A stretch of 64,000 bases of DNA from positions 66,373 to 130,372 of the forward strand of contig JAAOMT010000003.1 of the NCBI GenBank assembly GCA_016748015.1, written 5' to 3'. Each line of letters begins with the position of its first letter. Within the stretch, counting starts at the first letter, position 1. Positions 50,089 through 63,686 of this stretch are shown piece after piece. The notes beneath the pieces are model-generated. The model worked only from the letters and a program-made list of their open reading frames with translations. It made no database searches and was not told the DNA's origin. The translations under genes were made by a program, and so were the position numbers. This stretch comes from Geosiphon pyriformis uo1 (lineage: Eukaryota > Fungi > Glomeromycota).

Positions 50089-50682
50089 TCACCAATGCGT
50101 CCACCCGACGTACCCCGAATTTAATTTCTCGTCAATTATTCGTTCGACGAATCGTCTTGCATTTACAGGGGTGGCATGTTCTTGTTTCTGCATGGCACGT
50201 TCTTTTAAACTACCATCAGGTTCTATGTAACCATATCTAACAAAAGTAGTTATATCATTCTCAATTCTGAATTCCCAAAATCTTTTATCATTTTCAAGGA
50301 AACCTGATGGAATTTGGGGTTGAATTTGTTGTTGTTCGCGTTGTTGAAGTAATTTTTGTTTCTTTTGTTGTTTTCGTTCGTAAGTCAAAATAGCTTCGTA
50401 CTGAACAAGAAGACCTTCCATCACCGGAAATGTTTTCAAAAATTCTTTATTGACTTGTGTTGATGGTGTTGTTGGTGATACTATTTGCTTTTTGGAAAGA
50501 TTTGATCGTGTGGATTTATGGGAAAGGTTTGTTGAAGGGAGTTGCTGATTTTTTGGTTCAAAATAAATACCGACTTGTTCTTTAAAGCAAGACTTTGAAA
50601 TATTGTCTTTATTAAAGCATTTCTCAACGTTTAAATGTTGAGGGTGAGAAAAAACAGAGTTATTATCATTGAAAGACGGCAT
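50089..50682 (-). CDS. Stand-alone WGR-domain protein (~197 aa), intronless
   Basis: Likely ATG 50682 (MPSFNDN...). The C-terminal KRFWEFRIENDITTFVRYGYIEPDGSLKERAMQKQEHATPVNARRFVERIIDEKLNSGY matches the WGR pattern (KFWEI..RYG..G..A.....I.EK..KGY); the N-terminal part is low-complexity and Q/K-rich. Confidence 0.85.
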   Translation of the reverse strand: MPSFNDNNSVFSHPQHLNVEKCFNKDNISKSCFKEQVGIYFEPKNQQLPSTNLSHKSTRSNLSKKQIVSPTTPSTQVNKEFLKTFPVMEGLLVQYEAILTYERKQQKKQKLLQQREQQQIQPQIPSGFLENDKRFWEFRIENDITTFVRYGYIEPDGSLKERAMQKQEHATPVNARRFVERIIDEKLNSGYVGWTHW

Positions 50683-50948
50683 GATGATGGTGATGATGAT
50701 ATGATGATGATGATGATGATGATAAAATTTTTTTGGTCTCAATAGATATGTAAAACCGAAACTTTTTGAGAAGAGTTTTCGTTTCAAATTTAAAAGCTTT
50801 TTTTAAACTTTTAATCTTTTTTAGATATTGGGACGAAATAATTTTGAATCGTTATAATTAAATGATGATTTTCGTTTCAAAGAAGATAATTTTTTTGGAA
50901 TATTAATGAAAACCAATTTTGTTCTTCTCGTTTGATTGATTGAGTGAG

Positions 50949-50981
<33 letters not shown>

Positions 50982-53925
50982 TGATTTATTGAGTGAGTGA
51001 AATATAGTATTGAGCGAACGAGTTGTTGGCAAGATATTCGGGTTCCTTTTATAAACGTTTGAAAATCATTAGTGGCGTTAAAAATTGAGTTACATATCGT
51101 TGTCTGTGTTTTCATGAACGTGTGAATTATACTTGGCCTAGCTTTTTCACACGATCAATGAGATTTTGTTCAAAAAATTTTGTGAGACGAAAAGGGAATG
51201 AGTGAATAAAACAGAAACGCCTACATGATTTGTACCACTAACAATTAACAATAAGTTTTAGTAGCGTTTTTTTTTATTTTATTAATTTTTTTTTTCCTAA
51301 GAAATTTCAATATACATTAATTTTATTTTAAATTTTAAGAATTAACTAGTTAATTAGTTAACTGGATTTACTCCACTAACAACAATTAATATTTAATTTT
51401 TTTTCTGAAGTAATAACAACAACCAATAATAATAATAATAATATATTTGGAATGTCTCGTTGCCGCACAGTTGTACTACCGGTCGTGACCTCCTCTTCAT
51501 ATGTGATTTAACTAATTCAAATAGGTTCATTGTCTATTGCTTGGAATTTGGCGATAGTGGTTGGAATTTTTTTTTCTAGTCATTTTTCCAAATAAGTCCC
51601 AAATTTTTAAGTTTAGGATTCCAAATCGTCGATATCACATAGTTTAACTTAGTGAAAATTCGATCCGGACAGAATCGTCATATGGATGCATAATGCAGAC
51701 CTATAAAACGAAAAATTTTCTGCATGCGCAAAAAAAAATCGGGCTTTTTTATTTCCCTATTATGATTCCCACTTTTTTTGAACCGCTTTTTGCTTTTCAC
51801 GTGAACCATCAGAAGCTGAAAGGATCAAAAGAGATGATTTCGTGCGAATCATGAAAGATGATAAATTTGTCAGTTTCCTGGAAACACAGCCAATATGCAA
51901 AAGCACAATGTTTAAAAGTGGATAAATTTAATTTTCTCATTTATGAATTGTGTAGAAAAAGTTTTGTTTCCCGGTCTTATAACCATTTCGTAAAAAATGG
52001 TTATGATGATGATGATATCATAGTACTATGGAATATTTTTTACTTTTGAAATATTCCCAATCGATGATAGATTTTCGTTTGCATCTAGAGTGTCTGTTCG
52101 CACTTGGATCTACCGCTGGAGGTGGAGGTGGAGCTGGAGCTGGTGCTGGGAGCTGGTGCTACTGCTATTATGCTTTGTCAGGAAAAATCTTTTTTGATAT
52201 AATTTCTATTTCTATTTCTATTTCTATTTCTATTTCTTTTCAGGATCAAACCTTTTTACCACTTAATCTGCTTTTATTAGATACCAAATATCGAATTAGA
52301 AATCCGATTTCTTTATTGCACCATCATCATCATCATTATCATTATCATTAACATTAACATTATTATTATTACTATTGTAAATTTTATTCGTGATCCCATG
52401 ATTTAAATTTCATCTATTTGTCAATAAAGCAATCTTTATTTGGCAATTATTATCGTGGTTAGTTCATCATCATCAAGAAAAAGAGACGATAAACTGCCCA
52501 ATATCATTGCGACCATAATGAGAAATGTTGGTTGGGGGAAATTTATCTGCATGTTTCAAAAAAGGTGAATCTTGGCTTTCATTCTCGATAATCCAAGATA
52601 TTTTTTTTAAAAAAAAAGCTTATGATCAAAAAGATCCTACTTTGTTGAATAATCAATATTCCGAAAAACCGTATTTAATAAAGATCAATTTCTCTTGATG
52701 CTAATTATCAACATCTATGCTATTATTCGTTAACAATTCCCCAGAGTAATTAGTACTGCGTACAAAATATTTTCAAATCATGCTTAATGGTTTATCCCAA
52801 AAAAAAAATAATAATAATAATAATAATTTCACAAACAAGATTTGATTTCATCAAGTAAAACTTGTCCAACATGAAACCAGATATAATTTCATTGTTGTTG
52901 TTATTGTTGTTGTAAACACAAATTTATTTATAAACTGAAAAAAGTTTATTTTTAAAACGATCCTTTTTTAATCTTAGTATAGTGACCAAAAAAGAAGGTA
53001 AACTTTTGTAATTGAACGCGTATACAGTCCCATAGCTCATAGCCCATATAGTTTAATTTAGATTTTCTTGATCAGCTGACAATCTTTTTCTTTTAAGAGT
53101 TATTTGGGTTGAATTTCATTTTACCATGTTAGGAAACAAACGATACTGTGTGTTCAAATCTTATATGGTGTACATTTTGTCAAGAATGTTATCATTAGAG
53201 AGAGCTGGGAAACTTACATATCATAAGTGTTTGTTTTTCACAAAATTTTGTACTCAAATTGATGAGGAGAGGGGGAGGGAGAGGATTAAGATTTTTTTGG
53301 TAAACTTTTACGAAAGAAGTCAATGTTTCCTGATGATCCTCATAGTACATAGGGAACTGCTTAGTAAAAAAAATTACTACGATAAACGATATGGTGAAGT
53401 TGAACGATTTTCTTGGAAAAAAAAAAAGTCTCTTTTCTGATTTCCTTAAAAAGTAAAGAATACTGTCATCGTGAAGATTCCTTTAATTTTTGAACATATG
53501 ACTCAAAAAACTTTACCAAAAAAGCCAAGTTTTTAACTTGAGAAGCAAAAGTTCATATAATAAAGAATCAAATTTCTATTACGATCCATATTATTTACAT
53601 TACACTGTCAGTAAATCAGTTTTTTTTTAAAATGGTTTTTCAAATATATTAATTAAAGATATTTCTACCTAGAAACTTTATATGAAACTATATGCTGTTT
53701 GGGAACATCCCGTCGTGGATACTTTTAAGTGTACAAATCACCCAAAAAAAATAACAAAAATGGATAATAGGCTTTTAATGTACTTGGTAAAGAACCAGTT
53801 CAGTGAGAAAATCATTTTTAAAATGAAAATTCTATTTGGAATCATCATGTTCTAAATAGCCCCATAATTATTGGGAAAAAAAGACGCCCCATTTAAAAAA
53901 AACCGAAAATCATTAGATTCTAAAA

Positions 53926-53927
<2 letters not shown>

Positions 53928-53957
<30 letters not shown>

Positions 53958-53974
53958 CTTCTTCTTCTTCTTCT
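53928..53974. repeat. (CTT)n microsatellite
   Basis: Directly visible; other SSRs include (GATT)n ~50933-50980, (TTTCTA)n ~52203-52235, (GTTA)n ~56670-56694 and (AC)n ~57727-57748. Confidence 0.9.
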
Positions 53975-56900
53975 GATTACTTGTCATTTTACTTTCAACC
54001 ATGATAAAATGATTCAAAAAAAATTGCTTGATTTCTTAAAGTCATTTAATATTTGGTTTTAAAAATATTGTTAAATTTTTTTACCCAAGAAATATTTTTT
54101 AAATTTGGGAATATTCTCGAATTTTTTTTTTGACATGCCCTCAATCAACATGAGCCAAAAATTTGCCTATTCTAAAATAATTAATTGACAGTTGGATATT
54201 CACAAAACTAGGCGTGCTTATCAATTATGCGCATGACCTCGGGCGTTTAAGAATATCTGCAGTCTGCAAGCCAATAACCTATAAGTGAAGTACATTAGGT
54301 CATCGAAATTTGCATTGAAAGAGACGAGAACTGGAAAATATATATATCATCATCAAATGTAGAATTTATTCTCGAAAATTTTATCAGTGCGGATCTAGAT
54401 TGGAACACGGATTTAGAGCTTCTAAAATAATGATGTAAAAATAGTTTTGAAATAGGAAAAAAAAATTATTTTCAAAATGTCACGTTACGTCACCTCCATT
54501 TAGCCAAGGAATCTTAGGTTAAAAAGATGTTGTACACTAGTATCTGTGATCTAGAGCCAATCTAAATTGGATTTAGACTTTGAATTAAGATTCAAAATTA
54601 AATTTGACTAATATTATAAAGAGAAATCCATTTTTACATGCACGTTAATATACTCACTTTGGTAACAATAACATGCACTTTAGCCGAAAGAAAAACTCTT
54701 TTTTGACAGGTGTAAGCAAAATGAAAGATGCCAAAACTCTCTTCACTATTTTCAGATATCAGGTATAACTCTGAATTTCCCATTTCTCATTTCCCAATTT
54801 TTATGGGGTGTTTTTTAAAAATGGGAAACCTTAACTTTAAAAAAAAACGTAGTGTCAAAAACTGATTCAATTCAATTCTGTTATTATGCGCTGTGTCCGT
54901 TTAGAGGCTTATTTTGTGTTCAATTCAGGTGAAGAAAATAATTAGAACACTATTTTGTTGTTGCAAGAAGTTTTGTGCTTCCATCAATATGGCTATTTTT
55001 CTTTCCGATTTTTGTTTACGATAAAGCAAAGTCTTAAAATGCACAGAATCAAAGTTTTCTCAGTTAACAATTGATAAATCTTTCAAAATGGGAATTTTTT
55101 AGTGACCCAACTCTCCCAAAGAAGGACAAAAGTGAAATATCGATAATCAACCTATTCAGTATTCCTGTTATTCCTCGCTTATATAAATGCGAAAAAAGCA
55201 TGGCGTTAGATAATATCAAACATTCTATTTCGAACAATGTTGCATTTCCGCCAAGAGAGTTTCCCAAATTTTCTCTTCTATAAGCTTTGTAAATGGCTGA
55301 AAAAAAAAGCCCATAATCAAAAGTGTAAAATAATCTTATTCTTAAACAGTTTCGCAACTTTTCAAGAATCGAGGTTTCGTTGAATTCCATGTTTTTCTTT
55401 CACGATTAAAAACACTAAAGTTTTTTTCCGCTGCAAAACTGGAATTGTTCCTGCTTCAAACATGCTATTTAAAAATTGCCTATTAAACAGAGATAAGGTA
55501 TTACACTCAATTCACTATTCTTTGCTTCTTACGAAAGTTTCATTTTAAGATTAAAATCCAATTGGCTAATATTCATAATTTTTTCCCTCAAATCAAAAAT
55601 TGACTCCTGCATTTTACAATAAGGTCGCAAGACGTGTTCATGCATCTCACTCGCGAAAAACAAATCCTATCCTGATTAGTAAAAGGTTTGATGATCAAGA
55701 AAAAAAAAAACGTGCGATATTTGACCAAAACATTTTTACTCTCGAGATCAGTCAAAATATGGACAGGTTGTTGATCTTCTTACGATACATTTTAAACTTT
55801 CTTCCATAGAATATTATGAATCATGATGATGAAGTTAGAAGTATGTCAGAAATGACATATTTTTTTTTTGGAAGGGGTGGTGGTGGTTAACTTATTCATT
55901 AGAGACCCTTTTTTGATGTTTGCTTTACTTTATGGCACCACCAACACCACCACCACCACCACCCCATTCACATCGTTCAATGTTTTTGAAATAGATTAAG
56001 TTGGGTAATCAAGCTGTCATGTGACGGCTTGATGGAAAGAACCTCAAAATATCAACTTCCAATTTGGAACTCAACGAGGTATTTAGGGTATAATCGGTGA
56101 CGATTTCTGACATAATTTTGAAGTTTGATAATTGCGTCGTAAATATGTCGTATCGCTTCACTTTTTAACTACTATCTATCTCTTTTTCCTAACTAACTAT
56201 TATTGGCACCGAACTTTTTTTTCTTTATCAATTTGTGAAATCTCATGCAAATGCATCAACGTCATCATTGAGGAAAAGATATTCGAATGACTAGTCACCG
56301 AAAGAATTTTACATCTTTTGAAAAATGGTTGATAAAAATTTTTCCCAATAATGAAAGATGCGAGATTCCCCATGCATGAATTTCAAACGCGACCCAGTTG
56401 TCAAACAGCGAAAGCCAAGGACTCGCCTAGTTTTGGATGTTCTTCGATTGCACAGAGGGTGAGAACGCGTCGATTATAATCTTTTCTCGATTTCGAAGAA
56501 ACGTGAGGAAAAGATCAACAGGATTTTTATTTTCCGTGCATTTTGCAGTAGTTTGAATAATGGTAAAATTTTTCCATTCCCACAAAGATCGTACATTATT
56601 TTGCGATAACAAATACAATTGGTATTTTGTATAGGGTTTCAGAAGATCATGGATATTTTTAAAAAACGAGTTAGTTAGTTAGTTAGTTAGTTAGTAAGTA
56701 AGTCAAAAAGGATCGATATGAAAGAAACCCAAATTTTGGTTTGTTGAGACTACTTTTGAAATGTTTTTAATTTCCCCATTACGATTTAATAATCAACATC
56801 ATCAACATCATCATCACCCATTATTGTGATACACGTCTTGCATTATCGGATAAATGATTTCCTCATGCCATTCATCCCCGAAAATGTCGGTGATAAATTC

Positions 56901-59900
56901 TATTTTATCACGTTACCGTTTTGTAACTTTTTCACGAACATCAGGCAAAAAAAAATTAAATAGAGTATTTTGAAAATAAACATTTGATACAGACAGATTA
57001 AGTATTTTGGCTCAAAATGTTAACATCCCTTATCACCTTCTCTTAAAATAGAATCACTCGAGTGCCTTTATTTATATGAGTCGAAATATTTAAAATCAAT
57101 TCATGATTTTATTATATAACTTGAGAGGTATTTTATGAAAGGTGAGATTAGCTATTCGATTTCCTTCAAAAAGGTTTAAATAATCTACTTTGAGAAGTAA
57201 TGAATTCATTGTTCATTATCTGAAATTGTCGTTTTAAACTGATACTCAAATTTATATTTTTCCTCTTGATGGTTATCCCCAATGATTAAAAATAAAAAAT
57301 TATTCGATTCTAACAGCTCACCGTGTAAAATAACCATTTTTTTAGTTATTTCCAAAATTTCTAATCTCATTCCCAAAAAACCAATAAAAATCTTTTAAAT
57401 CTTGGTTTATCAAATCAGAAATGATGGGAATGTATTTTCTCGAGATTCCCACCGAGCAATATTGTAAGATATGGTTTGATTGTCAAAAGCTTCTAGAATC
57501 CCTGGAAAACAATAGGCATTCAAAGACATGAGAAAAGCCCCAACGGCTAAGGGAATACTGAGACTAATAACTAGACTTGATGATGACGATTATAATGATG
57601 ATAATGATGATGATGAGATGATAATAATTATTTCTAGATTGGTATTTATGTAACCTTCAAATATCTATATGACTACCGTTAGAGATAGAGATTTTCTTTT
57701 TATTCACATAGAACCATTCTTTCCATACACACACACACACACACACACGGTAAATCAGATATGTAAAAAATGTGATATAATTTTTTTTTTATATAAACAT
57801 TTCTATTCTAAAGTGACAACTGATTTAGGGGATAATGAGTTTCAAAGAAAGCTGCAGTGTAACTGTGGAAAGAGAACTCTGCCTGCATTTTGGGAACTTA
57901 ATATGGAAAGTCCAAAGATCCACATATTTCCCGCACCGCATCAACATTTGGAATACATGTGGTTGTTAGATAGCTTTCATAATAATTACGAAAGGAATCT
58001 CAATCAGTTTATTTTGAATTGTTTGCTCATGGTTTTCGGTAGAACTAGACTGACTGGTGAGGTCCCTCGTTTAACTTCAAAAGATCAAGAATTTAAAAAA
58101 CCCAATCTAGATTTTCATCATTTGATTTGGGGATAAATATATTGAAGTGTTCCTAGACAATGTGAGAGTTGTTGTTGTTCTTGCCTAAAATTTCTATCTT
58201 CCACAACAAACTATACCACCATCTAGAGCGTGGGCATTCTAAATAAAAGAAACCTTTCAAAACGATCTTCACACTATAACCTTCATTTCTGAAAAAAGCC
58301 TCTTAACCGAAATTGAGAAAGATTATCAGCGGTCACTTTATTTCAAAAGATATTTTCAACCAAGATTTTCTTTCATTATTTGAATCAATTTTTCGCTAAA
58401 CCTTTCTGAACGATTCTCAATTGGAAATTTTTTTTAGAATTTAGTTTGTGAATCTAAACTTTTTCGAGAATGATCCAACATTTAGCAAGTTAGACAGCTT
58501 TCAAGGGACCATTCTGACAAATATAACTTATCTAAGATAGAGTAGATCTTTTATGACAATATTGAAAGTGGAAATGAGGAATGCTAATTAAAAAACCCGT
58601 TTTAAAAAAAACGCGTCAGTTAATCCCCAAATTTAAGGCAAACTTTTTTTTGTGAGTCGTGAATCTCAAATATTCTTTTAAATTGACGATTCCCAAGAAT
58701 CTACTATCGATGGAAATGACAAAAAGGAATCTGGGATCTGACACAGAACTTTTAGTTTTCGGGAATTCTCGTCAAAATTGAATGCTAAATGAGCTGGCTC
58801 ATTCAATTGACCTATTTAAAAAAAAAAGGGGGAATTTTTGGAAAAGGTGAAAAAAAATCCTCTAATCAGTTTCGGGGGATTTTATTTTTTAAAATGCGTT
58901 AGAAAGATTAAGATTCGTGACCAAGGATCGAGTAGCTATTGGCTCACCTCAAAAAAAAGGATTATCTTTTCAAATGGGGGGATTTTGGAAAGAATCATTA
59001 AACATTATACATGTTATTCTGGTTATCAAGATTTGAGCATGCGACAATTAAGTTAATGGGAAAAAATGATTTATTTTTTCCGATTTTTTTTCAACCCAAA
59101 CAATTTGAAATGGCATATGCTTACTCGAGATTTTTTTTTTTAAGACAAGAGTTGATATCGTGAAAATACGTAGCCTTTTGATGCAACTATTTCTTTCGAC
59201 TAGGAACATTCTTTATTCACTTATTAAAACAAAATCATAAATTATGAAAGGATTGCTTCTAATCATACGTAAAAAAATTAATCAAAAAATTCAATGATTA
59301 AAAACAGAAATTTTATAGTATTAGATGATTTTCCGTTTGATATTTGATGTTGATGATGTTTGTTATGTGATTTGTAAAGAAATGTAAAAGAATGTCATTC
59401 AAGAATGACGATACATGCTCAAAAATTTTCCCTTTTTTTCCTTATTTTTTGGTAATCGATTCTCATAGATAAAAAATATATTAATGTACAACTAAAGAAG
59501 TGAAGGAAGCATTACAAAGAACCAAAAGTACCGGGATATTTAATACAACTCTTTTGTTCAAAGCCACATATCTTTTTAGAATTTAAACGTTTAAGATGTA
59601 ATCTTACGACACCAGCCAGATACATGCGGAATATCTTCAATTATTAGAAAAACGCCAAATTGAATTCTTGTCGCTCAATGTTATTTACTGATTCATTTCT
59701 AATAACCATCATGCAAGTTTATTTTCTCAAACTGCAATTTATCTCTGAATCTGGACAAGAATTTAGGTTTATTTGAATTTCCGATATTGGAATCCAAAAA
59801 AATGGGTCGCATTTGATTTCAAGCGAAATGATGAATTAATTGGTATGTCATGAAAAAATATTACGCTTCTGAAAGTTTTTAAAGCTAATTACCTTTAAAA

Positions 59901-60204
59901 AGAGAACCATTCAGCTGTTGCTCTTGAAACAGCTTTGCGCCCGCCTTGAAATAATGCGATTTACAGTTTGACTTGCGTACATTTTTCCGTGCAGGAAACA
60001 TGAATTCAGATGGTTGGCTAAATCCTTTTTTTATCATTGAACCTTGTTTTCTCACTACTTATCAGTGATGAAAAGTGATCATTTCAATCCTATCTTGTGA
60101 ATTAGAGTTTGTACTTTTCGATTCAAAGGTTGAAGTTTTTGCGCCAATAGTTTCTCCATTCATGAGATTACTGAATAAATGTATGTAAAAATGGATGGAA
60201 AAAA

Positions 60205-60306
60205 GAACGAACGAACGAACGAACGAACGAACGAACGAACGAACGAACGGATGGACGAACGAACGAACGAATGAATGAACGAACGAACGTACGAACGAAC
60301 GAACGA
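60205..60306. repeat. (GAAC)n tetranucleotide microsatellite, ~25 units with a few variants
   Basis: Directly visible. Confidence 0.95.
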
Positions 60307-62930
60307 CTATGGTAAGTTTTTTTCCAAAGTTTCATAATTTTTGTTAAAAGTCATAAGAAAACTTGAAAAGATTTAAATTTCAGTCTGAATGGAGAAAAAA
60401 TCCCAAACTTTCTTTCTTTCTATAAAAAATAATGCCGTAACTCTGGTTACCCATTTTCAAGCAGGTAATATTAGAAAGAAAAAACCTGTTTTGTATTTTT
60501 GCATCCTATTTCCCGTTCGAAACACCTAAGGGGTAATCAGGATAACAGTAAGATAAACAAGGTAAACATTGAAATTGCGCAACTTTAAGTTTTTTTTTAC
60601 ATGAATGCTTACCAATAAATAATTGATAGATCGAACATGGGTAAAATCACATGATAATAATTTTTTTAGGAATGCTCAAGAATTATTAGGTAACCATGGT
60701 TTTAATGACCATTGTAAATAAATTAATTTCTAACAAATGTTTTCATAAAATATAATTTTGTTACTTTTAAAAAGGATATTTTCAAGCACAGAAGAAGAAA
60801 TTTGAACTTATATTTGTTTTCTCAAAAATTTAAAATAGCTTGGTCTTTGTATTTAAGCGAAATTATCATAAAAAACAGATCCACCCTCTTGAATTGCGTG
60901 TATTTTGAGAGTTTAACATATTAAAATTATTGAAACTCAAATTTAAATGATATTCTAATATATTATTAATAATTTAATTTCCCAAAAGAATATTTATTAA
61001 TAATAAGTGAAAAGATATTTTGAATAAAAAAATTTTGCAGGGATGAATTTGTAGAAACTTTATCAATGTAAATAAATCTTCAAAGGGTACACAAATAGAA
61101 ATTAATTGGCTTCATTAAATTTTGAAACCCAATTTGGGATTCTAGAAATTTTTGTTTGTAATTGATCATAGAAAGAATAATTTTTCAAAACCATAAGCGA
61201 TCTTTTTTATTATTTTTTTGTCATTTCGTTCGACAAAGTAGAATATTACAAATCTTTAAATAAAATTTTCATCCCTATAAAAGTAGATATTAAAAAAAAT
61301 TATCATGTACTATGAAATTTTTATTTTTAAAAAATCTTATCATTTTCAACATTAGTGAATTCATTGTATTGCCCATTTCGAATTCTCATTAATTGTAATA
61401 ATGCTTTGGTGTGGATTTTTTTTAAAATTTGAATATGATTTGGAAATCATTGTGACAAAGAAGAAGAAGATGAGACAAATATTTTTCAATAATGGTCACT
61501 TAAATTTTGAATAGTGAGAAAAAAATTAATTATAATGAAATATTTCAGTCATTCAATATTATAGGCTATCAAGCTTCAAACGGTTATTTTACTGTCTAGC
61601 AATAATTTTATGAATGATTGAAAGCTGTTAAACTATTTCTTCTTGGTGTGAATAATTTTTTGGAATTGATCTAGCTCAATTATTTCCAAAATAACTTCTT
61701 TAAATTTCCACGATATTAGAGAAATAAAACAAAATTATTATCTTTAGTAGAAGCTTCACCACAATCTATTCAATTTTTATTTAATTTTCTAAACAATGAA
61801 TCCTAATATCTCTACAAATTGTATAGTTCAAGATCCTTTTTCAAAGGATTTTCTTGAAATCTAACTTTTTTGTTATTATAATAATTTAATTTGTCAAAAT
61901 TCTTGCTCAATTTACTTGACATCAAGTCTTTTTTATTAGGATATTTAAATAATTAAGCCGGGTTTTTTTTATTCATTTCGCTGAGCTTTGACATTTCTAA
62001 TTTTTTGATCGAAAACCTATACATAAATCGGGAAAATTTTCCTTTACATTAAAAATATTGATAATTTCAATGAAATCAAAGATTTCAATATTTCATTCAG
62101 TCAAAGCCACCATGTTCGAAAGATGATACAGTTCACAGATCATTACTTTTAATACAAATGGTATTCCCCCCCCCTCCCCCTCCCCCTCCCCTCACCCCTA
62201 GATTTTGAAACAATTTCTTAAGAATCCTCGTAGAATCTGCAAATGAAGTTTTCCATAGAAAAGCTTTACAGATCAAGATTTTTCTCTATGAATATGTATA
62301 ATTAACTTGTAGTAGTATTACAACATGTACAGGGTTTTGTAAATTAAGGGATATCTTTTTTGTTTCAAAGGGTATACCTGGAAAGTCCATTTACGCGTAT
62401 CACTAAATTTTAAATTACATCCATATTTGAATGATTTTTTTAATTAATCAATCAATCAATTTTAAGTGAGAAATATCTGCATCATAAATTAATTATCATT
62501 TATAAAAACATTAATGGTAATTTGCTTTTGATATTGAAAAATAAAAATTTTATGTTTGTAAACAAACAGATAAAATACTTATTTATCCCTCTAAAATAAT
62601 GAATGTGAATACAGTTAAATTAACATAATTGATTGACAATTTTATAATGTAAAATTTTTTGTACATCCTATAGATTTTTCAAAGTTCTACTATCCAAAAT
62701 GTACAACGGGTAATTCTAGACCCGATTAAAACTACATATTTATTTTACCAGTTTAAAGAAACATATTTAGTTTCCACCGTTTCCAGCCTAGAAAAATTTC
62801 TAGAAAAGTTGAAACAAAACATAAAAGTAGGAGAGTAAAATTTTGTACTACAAGGTACCAACATTCAAAAAATGTGTATTGAACCAACTAATTTGGAATT
62901 GTAAGAACCTCACCCGATTAAAAAGTATTT

Positions 62931-63686
62931 TTATTTTTTGAAATTGAAGCTGAAACGGTTTCTGTTTCGGCTAGAATTTGATGGTCTTTTTTTAGGCTTG
63001 GAGGATTTGGATTTGGGTCCGGAAGATGTGGGATTGGAGGATGTGAAATCGGAGGATGTGGTCTCGCTACTAGAGCCTCCAGAGCCTCCCATAGGAGTGG
63101 CAAAATTTTGTGTCCAATAGTTGTTATTAACGCCCATGCCAAAATGGGTATAAGATCCTAAAATGTTTTCTCTATGTCCGGGGGAATTCATCCAACTTTT
63201 AAAATTACAAAAAGAAAAGGGTTTATTAAAGTTTCAATCAATCAATATTATTAAAATCATTATTTTTAATCAAAAATTTCTTTACCCATCCATAACAGCA
63301 TTCTCTGTCGTATAACCAAAAGCAACATTCTCAGCAGCAGCGCTCCATGTAAAGCCATTAGCAGTTATTCGATCACCCATTTCACCCGCAGGGTCGGAAT
63401 GAGTCATCTGATTAATTGAGGCCTGGTAATTGCTATGATCTTGGGCGCAATTATTGAGTTGTCTGTATAAATAAGAAAATTTTTTTTTAATAAAAAAAAA
63501 TACTCCACATTTAAATTATGCAAAAAAATTTTAAAATTCTTACGAGCTAATTTTTAAAGCAGATAAACCATTTTTTGCACGTTCATTATTTACAAGTGCT
63601 AGCATTGAACTCGGACTAGCGAGAACGACACTGGTAACGAAAGCAAAGACGAAAAAGAAAGTGACAAATAAATTTGAAGAAATCAT
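62931..63686 (-). CDS. Secreted CAP/SCP-domain protein (~194 aa) with Ser-rich, basic C-terminal tail
   Basis: Exons 63686-63544, 63462-63286 and 63195-62931 are in frame. Signal peptide, then MLALVNNERAKNGLSAL..LNNCAQDHSNYQASINQMTH..DRI..G..W..AAENVAFGY..VMDGWMNSPGHRENILG..GMG..YWTQNFA. Confidence 0.95.

Noticed and set aside
55064-55390. 108-aa ORF containing GNSLGG (lipase-like GxSxG)
   Set aside because: No surrounding hydrolase context or supporting exons; probably chance.
57669-58136. 155-aa ORF
   Set aside because: It spans an (AC)n microsatellite and has no recognisable domain; cannot be supported without expression data.
60308-60320. ATG immediately followed by a GTAAGT donor after the (GAAC)n tract
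   Set aside because: No downstream acceptor gives a meaningful reading frame.
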